Virus record (IMG/VR): IMGVR_UViG_3300037067_027684
Coordinates: 32,001 to 96,000 of that record
Strand: one strand, 5' to 3'
Origin: a virus
Taxonomy: Duplodnaviria; Caudoviricetes
Length of the DNA: 64,000 bases
Position 1 is the first letter of the stretch. Each line of letters begins with the position of its first letter. Position numbers and translations under genes: made by a program. The notes below the pieces were generated by a model that worked only from the letters and a program-made list of their open reading frames with translations, searched no databases and was not told the origin of the DNA. This document shows positions 37,842-46,869 of the stretch, piece after piece.

Positions 37842-38779
37842 TGAAGAGGATCATATGGCGATCTTGGTCTAGATATGAAGCGGCTTGGGAATTAGACCGC
37901 CTTAAGAATTTTCCCATGCAACATCAGTGGCTTAACGGGCATGAGGTGGCTCCTGAAGTAAATGACATTTATCTAACCACTAATGGGTATGATTATAGGG
38001 TTGGTGGTTTCAAGAAAGCGTCGTTGTATTGGGAATCTTATGTGTATCTGAGGCAGGAATATGATCGTTGGAACGTTGATAAGAGGTGGAATCATCGCTT
38101 TCATTTTAACCCTAATTATTATAATAAGCCAGATTGTAGTTATCTTGGAATTGGTACGTGGTGGAAAAATGAATTGCCGATGTATGAACAATTCAGGGCT
38201 ATTAAAAAGATTGAACATGTTTTTGGCATGGTGTTGGGCTGGAAGCCGACACAACCAATTCATCCGGCTGATTTAGGACATATCAGGAGTACGATTGTTA
38301 GGGAGTGCCGAACTAGATCATTTAAATATTATGGAACCAAATGGCCTTCTGGAGATCCGCATTATAGTGGTGAGGCTTATGTTTATGGTGCTAAGCATAG
38401 CCCTGTTAAATTCAATGATGCGAGGCGTTTGATGTGTGGGGCTAAGTTTGTGTTTGCTACTGAGAATACTTATGATCAGAATTATAGTGTGAATTATCTA
38501 ACTGAGAAAATTTTCCATGGTTTCTTGTCTGCGTCGGTTCCGATTTATGCTGGTTGTTGGAATGTAAAGGATATTCTTCCTGGTCTTTATATTGACCTTC
38601 GTGATTTCAATATGGATATTAAGAGAGTTTGTGATCATTGTGAGAAAATGCCTGATAGCGAGTATCGAGGTTACCTAGATAGAATTGATGAATTTTTACA
38701 TGGTCCTAAGGCTGGGGCTATGTCCTGTGACGAGCGTTTCGTTGAGTTGGATGGTAAGATTAAGGCATTGTGGGGTTAA
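37841..38779 (+). CDS. GT10 (alpha-1,3-fucosyltransferase-like) glycosyltransferase
   Basis: KFVFATEN..NYLTEKIF..SVPIYAG GT10 signature. Confidence 0.75.
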   Translation: MKRIIWRSWSRYEAAWELDRLKNFPMQHQWLNGHEVAPEVNDIYLTTNGYDYRVGGFKKASLYWESYVYLRQEYDRWNVDKRWNHRFHFNPNYYNKPDCSYLGIGTWWKNELPMYEQFRAIKKIEHVFGMVLGWKPTQPIHPADLGHIRSTIVRECRTRSFKYYGTKWPSGDPHYSGEAYVYGAKHSPVKFNDARRLMCGAKFVFATENTYDQNYSVNYLTEKIFHGFLSASVPIYAGCWNVKDILPGLYIDLRDFNMDIKRVCDHCEKMPDSEYRGYLDRIDEFLHGPKAGAMSCDERFVELDGKIKALWG

Positions 38780-38780
38780 C

Positions 38781-39002
38781 ATGATCATTGTTTTTACCTT
38801 GGTTGGGGCATTCATTGGTTATATTCTTGGGCGAGTTTTGTCCAGGAATTTTCGGGAAACTGAGTTTAAGTTGTGTTTGAGTAAGAATGGAATGCCCTAT
38901 TACGTTCCGAGTGATGGTGAGAGTGACATTCGAATTCCGTATAAGAACTTTGTGATGTATTTTCCTGATGAGAGGAAGAATCTGCTGAAGAAGTTGCCTT
39001 AG
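38781..39002 (+). CDS. Small membrane protein
   Basis: N-terminal TM helix. Confidence 0.5.
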   Translation: MIIVFTLVGAFIGYILGRVLSRNFRETEFKLCLSKNGMPYYVPSDGESDIRIPYKNFVMYFPDERKNLLKKLP

Positions 39003-39011
39003 GAGACCAAA

Positions 39012-39248
39012 ATGGCTAAGTACATCGTTGGGATTGAAGGTGGGGATACTTGGGAGTGTGAAGATCAAGAATTCAATACTATTCATGATGCTGTTGCTGC
39101 GTTAGAGTTTGGTCAATTTGATGATATTTTATTCGATGATGAGGATGACCGCAACAGGCGTGCAGTCATTGCTCTTAAGGAGAATGGAGAAATTGTTAAG
39201 ATTATCAAATATTCTGATGCTAGGAAACAAGCGCAGGAACAGCCTTGA
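39012..39248 (+). CDS. Hypothetical acidic protein
   Basis: AGGAG SD. Confidence 0.55.
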   Translation: MAKYIVGIEGGDTWECEDQEFNTIHDAVAALEFGQFDDILFDDEDDRNRRAVIALKENGEIVKIIKYSDARKQAQEQP

Positions 39249-39961
39249 TTACGCAATTGGTTTGTTATCATCTGCCCAAAACTCCTGAACGTCTTAGGGA
39301 ATTGAGTATCACTTTAGGGTGGAATTTAATTTGTAAACCGCTGTCGAAAATTTATGTTTTTATTGAGGATGAGGGTTTGCTTACTTGTAATTGGCCTATT
39401 GCTATTAGGTTTCGTGAGCAGTTAGCCGACGATAAAGTTACGATTGTTAAGGTTTTGAAGCGACAGACTTATTCTGAGTTGATTGATTTTGCCAATGCGC
39501 ATATTCAGGGTTTGGCGGTTATTTCAAATGCAGATGTTTATTATGACAATACGTTGATTTATCTTGGGAAAGTTGATTTTAGTGATACTGTTGTGTGTTT
39601 GAGTAAGATTGAACTTCTTGATGATACTGGCTATAAGCAGTTTAAGTTGAATAATGAGATGAAGGGTTATTCTCAGGATTCTTGGTTCTTTGGTTCGCCG
39701 GTTCGCAAGTTGTTGGGTGCGGATTTCTTTATGGGGTTGCAGAGGTGCGATAATCGGATTGCTTATGAGTTTGCCAAGAGGGGTTACAAGCTCCTTAATC
39801 CGTGTAATCAGGTTTTCTCTTATCATTTGCATGTGTGTAATCAGCGTACTTGGAAGCCGAATGTCGATGTTGTCCCTGGTCCTGTGTGTTTTGTTCCTCC
39901 TCCCTATGACATTCGGGAGCATGGAATTCAAAGTTTAGAGGATAGGGATATAGTGTGGTAG
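39245..39961 (+). CDS. Putative GT-A glycosyltransferase
   Basis: ISNADVYYD, SQDSWFF, G..RCDNRIA..NP..HLH motifs. Confidence 0.65.
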   Translation: MITQLVCYHLPKTPERLRELSITLGWNLICKPLSKIYVFIEDEGLLTCNWPIAIRFREQLADDKVTIVKVLKRQTYSELIDFANAHIQGLAVISNADVYYDNTLIYLGKVDFSDTVVCLSKIELLDDTGYKQFKLNNEMKGYSQDSWFFGSPVRKLLGADFFMGLQRCDNRIAYEFAKRGYKLLNPCNQVFSYHLHVCNQRTWKPNVDVVPGPVCFVPPPYDIREHGIQSLEDRDIVW

Positions 39962-39989
39962 GCAACCATTCAAAAAGGAGATTACAAGA

Positions 39990-40250
39990 ATGGCGTCGAA
40001 TCTTGCTTTCATGAAGAAGGTTGGCATTAGTGAGACTTTGGCTGCTGTTATTGGGGCTGAACCCAAGGCTCGTACTGAGGTTACGAAGAAGCTTTGGGAG
40101 TATATTAAGGCGAACAATCTGCAGAATCCTGAGAAGAAGAATGAGATTATCGCTGATGCTAAGCTGAAGGCCGTCTTTGGGGGAGTGGATAGAGTTTCGA
40201 TGTTCGAAATGACGAAGTTGGTTTCTAAGCATCTTAGTAAGATTGAGTAG
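39990..40250 (+). CDS. Stand-alone SWIB/MDM2-domain protein
   Basis: LAAVIG..RTEVTKKLWEYIK..LQ....I.AD.KL..VF..MFEM.K..SKHL. Confidence 0.9.
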   Translation: MASNLAFMKKVGISETLAAVIGAEPKARTEVTKKLWEYIKANNLQNPEKKNEIIADAKLKAVFGGVDRVSMFEMTKLVSKHLSKIE

Positions 40251-40252
40251 TA

Positions 40253-40332
40253 CCAATAAGACAACCATAACTGTCTTATTGGGAGTTAGTGGAGAGGGAT
40301 GTTTTGCTTAGTTATGGCATTTCCTCTCCACT
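40253..40332 (+). promoter_or_regulatory. Tandem hairpins with complementary loops
   Basis: CCAATAAGACA/TGTCTTATTGG and AGTGGAGAGG/CCTCTCCACT; CCATAACT complementary to AGTTATGG. Confidence 0.6.
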
Positions 40333-40347
40333 TTAAAGGAGATTACG

Positions 40348-40524
40348 ATGTTTCAACTCTTTTGGGTTTCAAAGGATAAGAAACGTCGAGAGTTAATGGA
40401 TGAGTATGATGCTGAAGTTGATGCTAAGGAAGCGATTCTAGAATGTAGGGCCGCACTAATTGAGCAAGATATGACTGCAAAGGAAATTGATGAAGGTTCT
40501 TGGGAGATTTTGGAAAAGAAATGA
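40348..40524 (+). CDS. Small hypothetical protein (58 aa, absent from ORF track)
   Basis: AAGGAG SD; MFQLFWVSK..WEILEKK; ATGA overlap with next gene. Confidence 0.6.
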   Translation: MFQLFWVSKDKKRRELMDEYDAEVDAKEAILECRAALIEQDMTAKEIDEGSWEILEKK

Positions 40525-40832
40525 AGAATTGGGAGGCTCTTAAGGCCCTAATGGAAGGGTCTAAAATAAGACGAAGAGGTTGGATACCTGATGTGCATTG
40601 GAGTTTGGCATTCCGGATGATAGGTGGCATGCAGGTTAGTAGGGTTATCCATTCTGGAACACGTCAGCAACCAGATCTTGGTTCAATCTTTGAGAATAAT
40701 AATGACTGGGAGATATACGCACCTAAGCCTTTAGCGCCTCGGAATCAGCATTCTTTCAAAGACACCATAAAGCCCAAACATTCAGATGATTGTCCACTCT
40801 TCAGGATTAGTGAGGAATCAGATGAAGATTGA
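40521..40832 (+). CDS. DUF2829/Tad2-like small protein
   Basis: EALKALMEG.KIRR.GW..NDWEIY pattern. Confidence 0.45.
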   Translation: MKNWEALKALMEGSKIRRRGWIPDVHWSLAFRMIGGMQVSRVIHSGTRQQPDLGSIFENNNDWEIYAPKPLAPRNQHSFKDTIKPKHSDDCPLFRISEESDED

Positions 40833-41187
40833 TAAAGATTCAGTTCCAATAACAATCGTTCAAGCTGTAGATTGCCTGGTTGCTAGTCTTACTGAGGATG
40901 AAGTACAAAGTATCAAAAGTGACTTGAATTATTCGGAATGTCATCATAGTGCTGGAAGATTTATTAGAAACAATTGGTCATTGTGGGAGAAGGACACGCC
41001 GATGGTTAAAGATGCTATTAAGACTTATGGTATTGCTCATGCTGATGATATTTCTGGTTTAATTTTCGAATGGGCTTTCGCTAAGGTTAGGGGTGTTGAT
41101 TTTGATCCGTCTCTTCTAGTTGAGAAATATCGTGAGCATTGGAAGGAATTTGGCACAACACCGTTAGGTGCCGCTGGTGTCGAATAA
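40822..41187 (+). CDS. DUF6794-like hypothetical protein
   Basis: HH..G..IRNNWSLW..HADDISG.I. Confidence 0.55.
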   Translation: MKIDKDSVPITIVQAVDCLVASLTEDEVQSIKSDLNYSECHHSAGRFIRNNWSLWEKDTPMVKDAIKTYGIAHADDISGLIFEWAFAKVRGVDFDPSLLVEKYREHWKEFGTTPLGAAGVE

Positions 41188-41195
41188 ATAACATT

Positions 41196-41975
41196 GTGAA
41201 ATTATTCATCCATAATAGCTTCAAATATGGTGATGTTCTCCTAACCAGAGTCATGATTGATGCTCTTAGGGCTAAATATCCAGGCGTTCAGATGATTTTA
41301 GAATGCGAAGCACCAAGGAAATATCTATGGCAGGATTACGGTTATCCAATAGTTACTACAACTCCTAATTATATTGACATCAAGCCTACTCCATCATGTC
41401 CTAAGGATTATCTCTTCTTTAATATGTGGTTTGGCGTTTTTAATGATATTCTTTGTACTTATGGATTATCTCATATTAATCATGTGCATACTTTTAATCG
41501 TCAGATGATGTATTATAAGTTGAATTCTTTTCTTGATTTACCGACTGGACCGCCTGTCTTGAAATTGCGTGATCTTGGTTTGAATGTTCCTCCGAACACC
41601 GTCCTTGTTGAGAATGGTCCCTGTAGTTCTGGGCAATGTAATAATAGTATTAACACTATTTTATCTCAATTAATCAAGAATTTCCCTAATCTGAATTTTC
41701 TTCTGTCATATGATATTGGTCTTAAGGACCAAAATGTTGTTAGTGGTTGGGGGCATAATTTATTACAATTGTCTGATTTAAGCAATAAATGTATTGGTTT
41801 TATTACTCAAGCTAGTGGTGTTAATGCTGCTTCTTATACTGCTGCGAATATTGGTAAGCCTAGGGTGTTTTTTGGTTGGAATTATATTTATAAAATTTGG
41901 GATAATTCTGCCGATGTTGCATATAATTATGATCAATTGAAACTTTGGATAGAGGGTAAGATATGCAAAAGATAA
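41196..41975 (+). CDS. Putative GT-B-like protein, paralog of 54114-54887
   Basis: Shared GDV.LTRV.ID, WFG.F.DIL.TYGL, VENGP..SGQC, FITQASGVNA. Confidence 0.6.
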   Translation: MKLFIHNSFKYGDVLLTRVMIDALRAKYPGVQMILECEAPRKYLWQDYGYPIVTTTPNYIDIKPTPSCPKDYLFFNMWFGVFNDILCTYGLSHINHVHTFNRQMMYYKLNSFLDLPTGPPVLKLRDLGLNVPPNTVLVENGPCSSGQCNNSINTILSQLIKNFPNLNFLLSYDIGLKDQNVVSGWGHNLLQLSDLSNKCIGFITQASGVNAASYTAANIGKPRVFFGWNYIYKIWDNSADVAYNYDQLKLWIEGKICKR

Positions 41976-42769
41976 AGTGGAAACCTAGTCATCTTAATTC
42001 TAAGATGACAATCATAATTGTTGCTCATGATTTGGTGAGGTTGTGCTATACTGCTATTGAATCGTGGTTGTCGGCTTTGCCGTTGGGTTGTGAATTTTTA
42101 GTTGGTGATTTTGATAGTACTGATAGTACACATGCTGTATACACGACTTTGTCTAAGTATGCTCCTATGCGGATTATTCATCGTAAGTGGCGTCCTGAGA
42201 CTGGTGGGACTGCGATTGGGATTGCTACTCAGGAGTTATTGTCGTTGTGTAAGACTCCATATGTGTTGAATTTACAGGCGTGTGAGATACTTTGTGATGA
42301 TGCTATTAATATTTGTTTGAATGAGCCGCATCCTTGGACTAAGGATGGTATTGGTCCTAGTGCTTTTTGGTTTAAGCATTTCTGGGGGAATTTTAGGTTT
42401 GATGGTTCTAAGGGTTATTCATATGGCCAGGCTCCCAGAATTTACCCCCAGAATCAGACTGGGTTGGATCATGGGGATGGTTGTTGGCCTCCTGGTGGTT
42501 ATCCTGGTTGGCCTATGAGGGGTACGGTTCACAGGTATAGTTATTGTTTTGACAATCAGGTTGCCGCGAAATCTATTAACCATTACCAGTTGTACCTTGG
42601 GCATGCTCAGACTCCTGATCAACGTTTGGCTTCGATTAATTTTTGTAAGTCTAATCCGAATTATGATGGTCCTCATCCGGCGTGTGTTCAGCATTTGGTT
42701 GGTCAGGTTAATTATGATATTATTAGGAGTTGGGCGATTATTCAGCCTACCTTAGAAACTTTGGGTTAG
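41963..42769 (+). CDS. GT2-like glycosyltransferase
   Basis: VGDFDSTDST, LQACE (degenerate DxD), HFWG..HRYSY. Confidence 0.6.
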   Translation: MQKIKWKPSHLNSKMTIIIVAHDLVRLCYTAIESWLSALPLGCEFLVGDFDSTDSTHAVYTTLSKYAPMRIIHRKWRPETGGTAIGIATQELLSLCKTPYVLNLQACEILCDDAINICLNEPHPWTKDGIGPSAFWFKHFWGNFRFDGSKGYSYGQAPRIYPQNQTGLDHGDGCWPPGGYPGWPMRGTVHRYSYCFDNQVAAKSINHYQLYLGHAQTPDQRLASINFCKSNPNYDGPHPACVQHLVGQVNYDIIRSWAIIQPTLETLG

Positions 42770-43059
42770 GCAGAAGCAGATGAGACTGGGTTTTGTTGGG
42801 AATATCTGATTTGGATCATACCTTTTTGTTGTATTGTTTCTAATTGCTTTAGATTAAAGCGGTTTTCTTCGGCAGTTATTGATCGTTTAGGTTGTATTCT
42901 CATTGGTCCAGATCTTGGGAAATATGGACTATCAGGTCGTGAATTAACATCGATTATTACTAATTGATTTCCTGTGTTGGTTATTGTGATGAGATTTTCT
43001 AATTCTAGGAACAGAATTAGTACTAGATATTGGTCTAGAGTTAATTCAATATGTCGAAT
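42766..43059 (-). CDS. Unannotated 97-codon ORF without canonical start
   Basis: Stop-free frame ..LITITNTGNQLVIIDVNSRPDSPYFPRSGPMRIQPK..GMIQIRY..; stop overlaps the stop of the convergent gene. Confidence 0.45.
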   Translation of the reverse strand: MRHIELTLDQYLVLILFLELENLITITNTGNQLVIIDVNSRPDSPYFPRSGPMRIQPKRSITAEENRFNLKQLETIQQKGMIQIRYSQQNPVSSASA

Positions 43060-43222
43060 TCATCAAAACAGTACTTGAATTCTACCAAAAGAAGAAAAAT
43101 TCAAGTACTCTCGCAACTGGATTCAGTGATTTGTCTAAGGTATTAAATGGATTACCAATATGTGATGAAGCACTGGCGTTAGATGAAGTTATAAAATCAG
43201 AAGCACTAGAAGAAAAGAAAGA

Positions 43223-44239
43223 TTAAAGGTGTTTTATAATCTCCTGAATCCGATGAACAGGAGTATGCTTATCAAGAATTAATCTCCTATTCTCAGCACC
43301 TCTCTGCCTACACTGGTCATAAAAAGTCACCAAATGATTAACATTACTAGCAACCTTCTTAACATCAGCATCCGACCACTCATTGAACCACACAATGTGA
43401 TCCCAGCCAGCGAATAAAGCTTTATTCTGAACTCTATCTGGAGCAGGTTCATAGACAATTGGGAAGATACCACAAGCCATTAACTCAAAAGTCCGCATCG
43501 ACACGCCAGCAAAAGGAGAACGCATATTAACACCAATAGCATAACTACCGTATGATTTAGCCAAATTAGATGCAATATCCTCAGCATTTGCAGCATCAAA
43601 CGGTGCTTTCTCGACTGTTCTAATATCAAAAGCAAAAGGATAGGATTTGTGTAATTCGTCTCTGGGCCACCAGACATTCCCAATAAATCCTGCTCTATTC
43701 ACAGGACGATCTACTAACGGTTTGAATACATCGGCATCAGCACAAGCAGGTAGCCAATAAGCATTTACCAGATGTTCTCTAAACCATTTGACATCGACTT
43801 CATCTTGGGTGAACACGTAATCGAAATATTTAAACTGTTCATCTAACTTATTGGTGTTGTAGCATTGTGAAGTCCTACTACCATATCGGTAATAATTATG
43901 GAGTAGCCACGGAATCCCAGCTTTAGCCCAAGCATATTGTCCAAAGGGGTCTACGCTTGATTCATAACAAATAGCAATTAATTTCTTTCCATTTTTATTG
44001 GCTTGAATACTTGCTTGTTTCTGTGGCGTCCCAAAAATCTCACTTCGGTGATGTTCTGGTCCAATCATTACGATAAATTCTGCTTGAGTATTAAATAGTG
44101 CCTGGTGATTTGCTGGGTTGTGCCAAGCGGTGATGTCTCCTGCTTTGTTTAATTTTCCTAATTTTTTGAACCCCCTGATATACCCTTGGGTGTAGGTCCA
44201 GGCGTTGTGGGGAGTATTGTAAACGTAGATATCGAACAT
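43223..44239 (-). CDS. CgeB-like GT-B glycosyltransferase
   Basis: FDYVFTQD..WLPACAD..F.P..GFIG..N..SMRTFELMACG..HT..HR. Confidence 0.75.
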   Translation of the reverse strand: MFDIYVYNTPHNAWTYTQGYIRGFKKLGKLNKAGDITAWHNPANHQALFNTQAEFIVMIGPEHHRSEIFGTPQKQASIQANKNGKKLIAICYESSVDPFGQYAWAKAGIPWLLHNYYRYGSRTSQCYNTNKLDEQFKYFDYVFTQDEVDVKWFREHLVNAYWLPACADADVFKPLVDRPVNRAGFIGNVWWPRDELHKSYPFAFDIRTVEKAPFDAANAEDIASNLAKSYGSYAIGVNMRSPFAGVSMRTFELMACGIFPIVYEPAPDRVQNKALFAGWDHIVWFNEWSDADVKKVASNVNHLVTFYDQCRQRGAENRRLILDKHTPVHRIQEIIKHL

Positions 44240-44303
44240 TGGTTATCCTTTCAAAGTTGACCAATTATATTTACTGCCAACCACAAGTATGTAATTTACA
44301 GAG

Positions 44304-44501
44304 ATGAAAAGATCGATAATTATAAATTTTAAGGATGGTACTCAGAAGGAACTCCAATTGTCCAAAGCTACAAAGCTTAACTGTGATGCTTCTATGTTGC
44401 ATTTGGATAAGTTGAAGGACGATACTTGGAGATTGATTTGGAGTAAAGATCTGATAGACGATTTTTCGCAGGTTGTTGGATTTGAAATCAGAAGAGAGTA
44501 A
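44304..44501 (+). CDS. Small hypothetical protein
   Basis: GTAATT motif upstream; coupled to next gene. Confidence 0.55.
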   Translation: MKRSIIINFKDGTQKELQLSKATKLNCDASMLHLDKLKDDTWRLIWSKDLIDDFSQVVGFEIRRE

Positions 44502-44502
44502 T

Positions 44503-44787
44503 ATGGCGAAAGTCGAAGAACATAAAAGCAAGGATCAAGCACAATATTGGTTTTGGTGTCCAGGATGTGAATATAGTCATGCCTTTACTGTGCCCCCATG
44601 GACTTTTAATGGGGATCTAGAGAAACCATCCTTCTCTCCATCATTACTCTGTAATGCGCATCATCCACCTTCACGGTGTCATTCGTGGGTTAAGGATGGG
44701 ATGATTCAATTTTTCGGTGATTGCCACCATAAATTGGCTGGTAAGACAGTTCCGCTTCCAGAGGCTAAGCTCTGGGCTAGAGACTAG
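44503..44787 (+). CDS. DUF6527-family protein
   Basis: FWCPGC..H..WTFNGD..PSFSPSLL..CHSWVKDG.IQF..DC.H.LAG.TVPLP. Confidence 0.7.
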   Translation: MAKVEEHKSKDQAQYWFWCPGCEYSHAFTVPPWTFNGDLEKPSFSPSLLCNAHHPPSRCHSWVKDGMIQFFGDCHHKLAGKTVPLPEAKLWARD

Positions 44788-44796
44788 GAGGGTGTC

Positions 44797-45033
44797 ATGG
44801 AGAATTTGGTGATCGAAGTACCTGCCGATATCAAAGATGATTTTCTTGCATTCCTTGATATTGCTCAATCTGAGTATACTCAAGAGGAGATTAAGAAGCT
44901 CACTAAAAATGAGCAAAAGGTTATTAAGTTTGTTGAGAAGATACTTGGTAATAGGGTTTCAGGTAGATTCCCAAGCCAAAAAGAGAAAGCAGTGGCTAAT
45001 ATTAGGTTCGCTAAGGCGGTAGGATTAGTATAG
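44797..45033 (+). CDS. Hypothetical protein
   Basis: AGGAGG SD. Confidence 0.55.
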   Translation: MENLVIEVPADIKDDFLAFLDIAQSEYTQEEIKKLTKNEQKVIKFVEKILGNRVSGRFPSQKEKAVANIRFAKAVGLV

Positions 45034-45070
45034 TCGCAAATATAAGTAAGGCAACCTAAGGAGTATTTGC

Positions 45071-46771
45071 ATGGATTTCTTAGAAGCACTTGATAGGGCG
45101 TTTGGTTTTAAAGTAGTCTTCGAAGAAGATCCACGTGAAACAATGTCGGTGTTGGATAGAAATGTCTGGATGACTATGGACCCAGACTTACTTAAGAAAA
45201 TAGCATATACTGGCAGTAAAAAGCAATTTTGGGCAGCATTAGCTGAATTGGGTCAAGATATCGATGATCCAGAAATTCTCGCTAAAGTCAAACAGGCTAC
45301 TGATGCTGAAAATCCTTCAGAGGATGTTGAATTTTTAAAGAATGTTCGACGTGAGGCTAAGAAATATGCTGGTGACAGGGCGATTAGTGCGCCAAGTCAT
45401 TTAGGGCCTACTGAGAAGTTGGGTATGTCAAAGGATGAGATTGATGCTTATTACGCTGCACGCCGTGCAGAACGGGAAAAGACTAAGAAGAAATATGTTG
45501 GTGACGAGATGTATGGTGTTTTTGATAAAGCTTCTGGTAAGATGTTGAGGGGTAATTTCTACAATGATAAGGACGCCAAATCTTTTATGGTTAGTGAATT
45601 ACCTCCAGGTGGTGATTATGAAGTCAAGCTCTATGAGAATCCAAAATCTCTCAGTAAATTGAAGGACCTCAAGCTGCCTCTACAACATGGTTGGAGCGCC
45701 GACGAAGTTGTCGAAGGTTTCATGCCGTGGATTCGATATCTCTCTTGGAAGTACCGCAGTGACAAAGCGGAGTTTGAAGATTTGCTTCAGCAAGGTGCAT
45801 TGGGGGTATTGGACGCCTTGAGGACTGACAAAGGCGAGGCTCCAATTGGTTCGCACGCTTGGCGGCATATTCTAGGTTCTATCAGGCGTTATGCTTTAAC
45901 TGGTGGCGTAATGCGTGGTGGCGAGAAATCTGGTGGCTTCAAGCAGTCTGGTGCTTTGGTTGGTTATGAAATTAGTTGGACTGATGCTAGTGGTCAGCAG
46001 CAGAAGGAATTCTTCCCAGCAGATATTTCTGCTTTGGCCAAGGGTTTCTCTCCTGAGACTGGGAGGACTCCTCCTTCTACTATGGACCCTGGCTATCGGA
46101 AGGCCGAGGCTTTCAAGGGCCAGTTGATTCAGAGTGGTGTTCCTGAGGATAAGATTCAGCTTCGTGAACGTCGTGGTGCTATGGCTTCTGCTGATGCTCC
46201 GATGAGGGGTGGTGAGGGCGAAGCTTCTTTGGGTTCTACGTTGAAGGCTACTCGCGCTAAGAAGCCCGCTTATGTTGCTCAACAGAAGGATTTGGTTAAG
46301 AAGCTGATTGATCGTGCTAAGCTTAGTGATAAGCAACGTAAGGTGCTAGAGATGACGTTCGGTTTGGATGTTCCTGAGGCTGGTCTAAGTGCTCCTGGCG
46401 AGGAGGGTGCGCATCCTCCTGGTGAACAGGCTGGTGGTGCTCCTGAAGCTAGTGAACATGGTCAGATGGGCAAGGTTCACACGACTGGTGTTTTGGGTGG
46501 TTCTGAGGAGCGTGGTCCAACCGAGATTGCTAGGATTCTTGGACTGACTCCGAAGGCAGTTCGTGAGCTTCGTGATCGCGCTTTGTTGGCTATTCACAGG
46601 GCTGCCCAGGAGATGTCTGGTGAACTTCAGCAGCGTGGTTTGATTCAGAAGCCGGAAGAGTTGGCTGCTACTGAGGCTCTTCTCAAGAAGGTTAATATTA
46701 TTGAGGAGATTGCTCGTCATCATCTGGTTCTTTCGATTGTTACTGGCGAAATCAACTGCATGTTTGAGTAA
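45071..46771 (+). CDS. Divergent sigma70-family RNA polymerase sigma factor with long N-extension and insertions
   Basis: Region 2 FEDLLQQGALG..SHAWRHI..IRRY; region 3-like SADAP; region 4 LSDKQRKVL..FGL..TEIARILGLT..VRELRDRAL. Confidence 0.8.
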   Translation: MDFLEALDRAFGFKVVFEEDPRETMSVLDRNVWMTMDPDLLKKIAYTGSKKQFWAALAELGQDIDDPEILAKVKQATDAENPSEDVEFLKNVRREAKKYAGDRAISAPSHLGPTEKLGMSKDEIDAYYAARRAEREKTKKKYVGDEMYGVFDKASGKMLRGNFYNDKDAKSFMVSELPPGGDYEVKLYENPKSLSKLKDLKLPLQHGWSADEVVEGFMPWIRYLSWKYRSDKAEFEDLLQQGALGVLDALRTDKGEAPIGSHAWRHILGSIRRYALTGGVMRGGEKSGGFKQSGALVGYEISWTDASGQQQKEFFPADISALAKGFSPETGRTPPSTMDPGYRKAEAFKGQLIQSGVPEDKIQLRERRGAMASADAPMRGGEGEASLGSTLKATRAKKPAYVAQQKDLVKKLIDRAKLSDKQRKVLEMTFGLDVPEAGLSAPGEEGAHPPGEQAGGAPEASEHGQMGKVHTTGVLGGSEERGPTEIARILGLTPKAVRELRDRALLAIHRAAQEMSGELQQRGLIQKPEELAATEALLKKVNIIEEIARHHLVLSIVTGEINCMFE

Positions 46772-46789
46772 AATGTTGTACGGTAGGGC

Positions 46790-46837
46790 ACAAGAGCCGC
46801 TCGCGTCCTCCGCACGTTGGCGGCTCTTGTTGTATTT
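46790..46837 (+). terminator. Putative intrinsic terminator after the sigma gene
   Basis: ACAAGAGCCGC/GCGGCTCTTGT 11-bp stem followed by TGTATTT. Confidence 0.6.
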
Positions 46838-46869
46838 GAACGTTGTGAGTTTACTTCAAGGAGATTCAA

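Noticed and set aside
40814-40827. 13/14-nt match to part of spacer 9 at a gene start
   Set aside because: The spacer 5' seed does not match, and a few such hits are expected by chance in 64 kb
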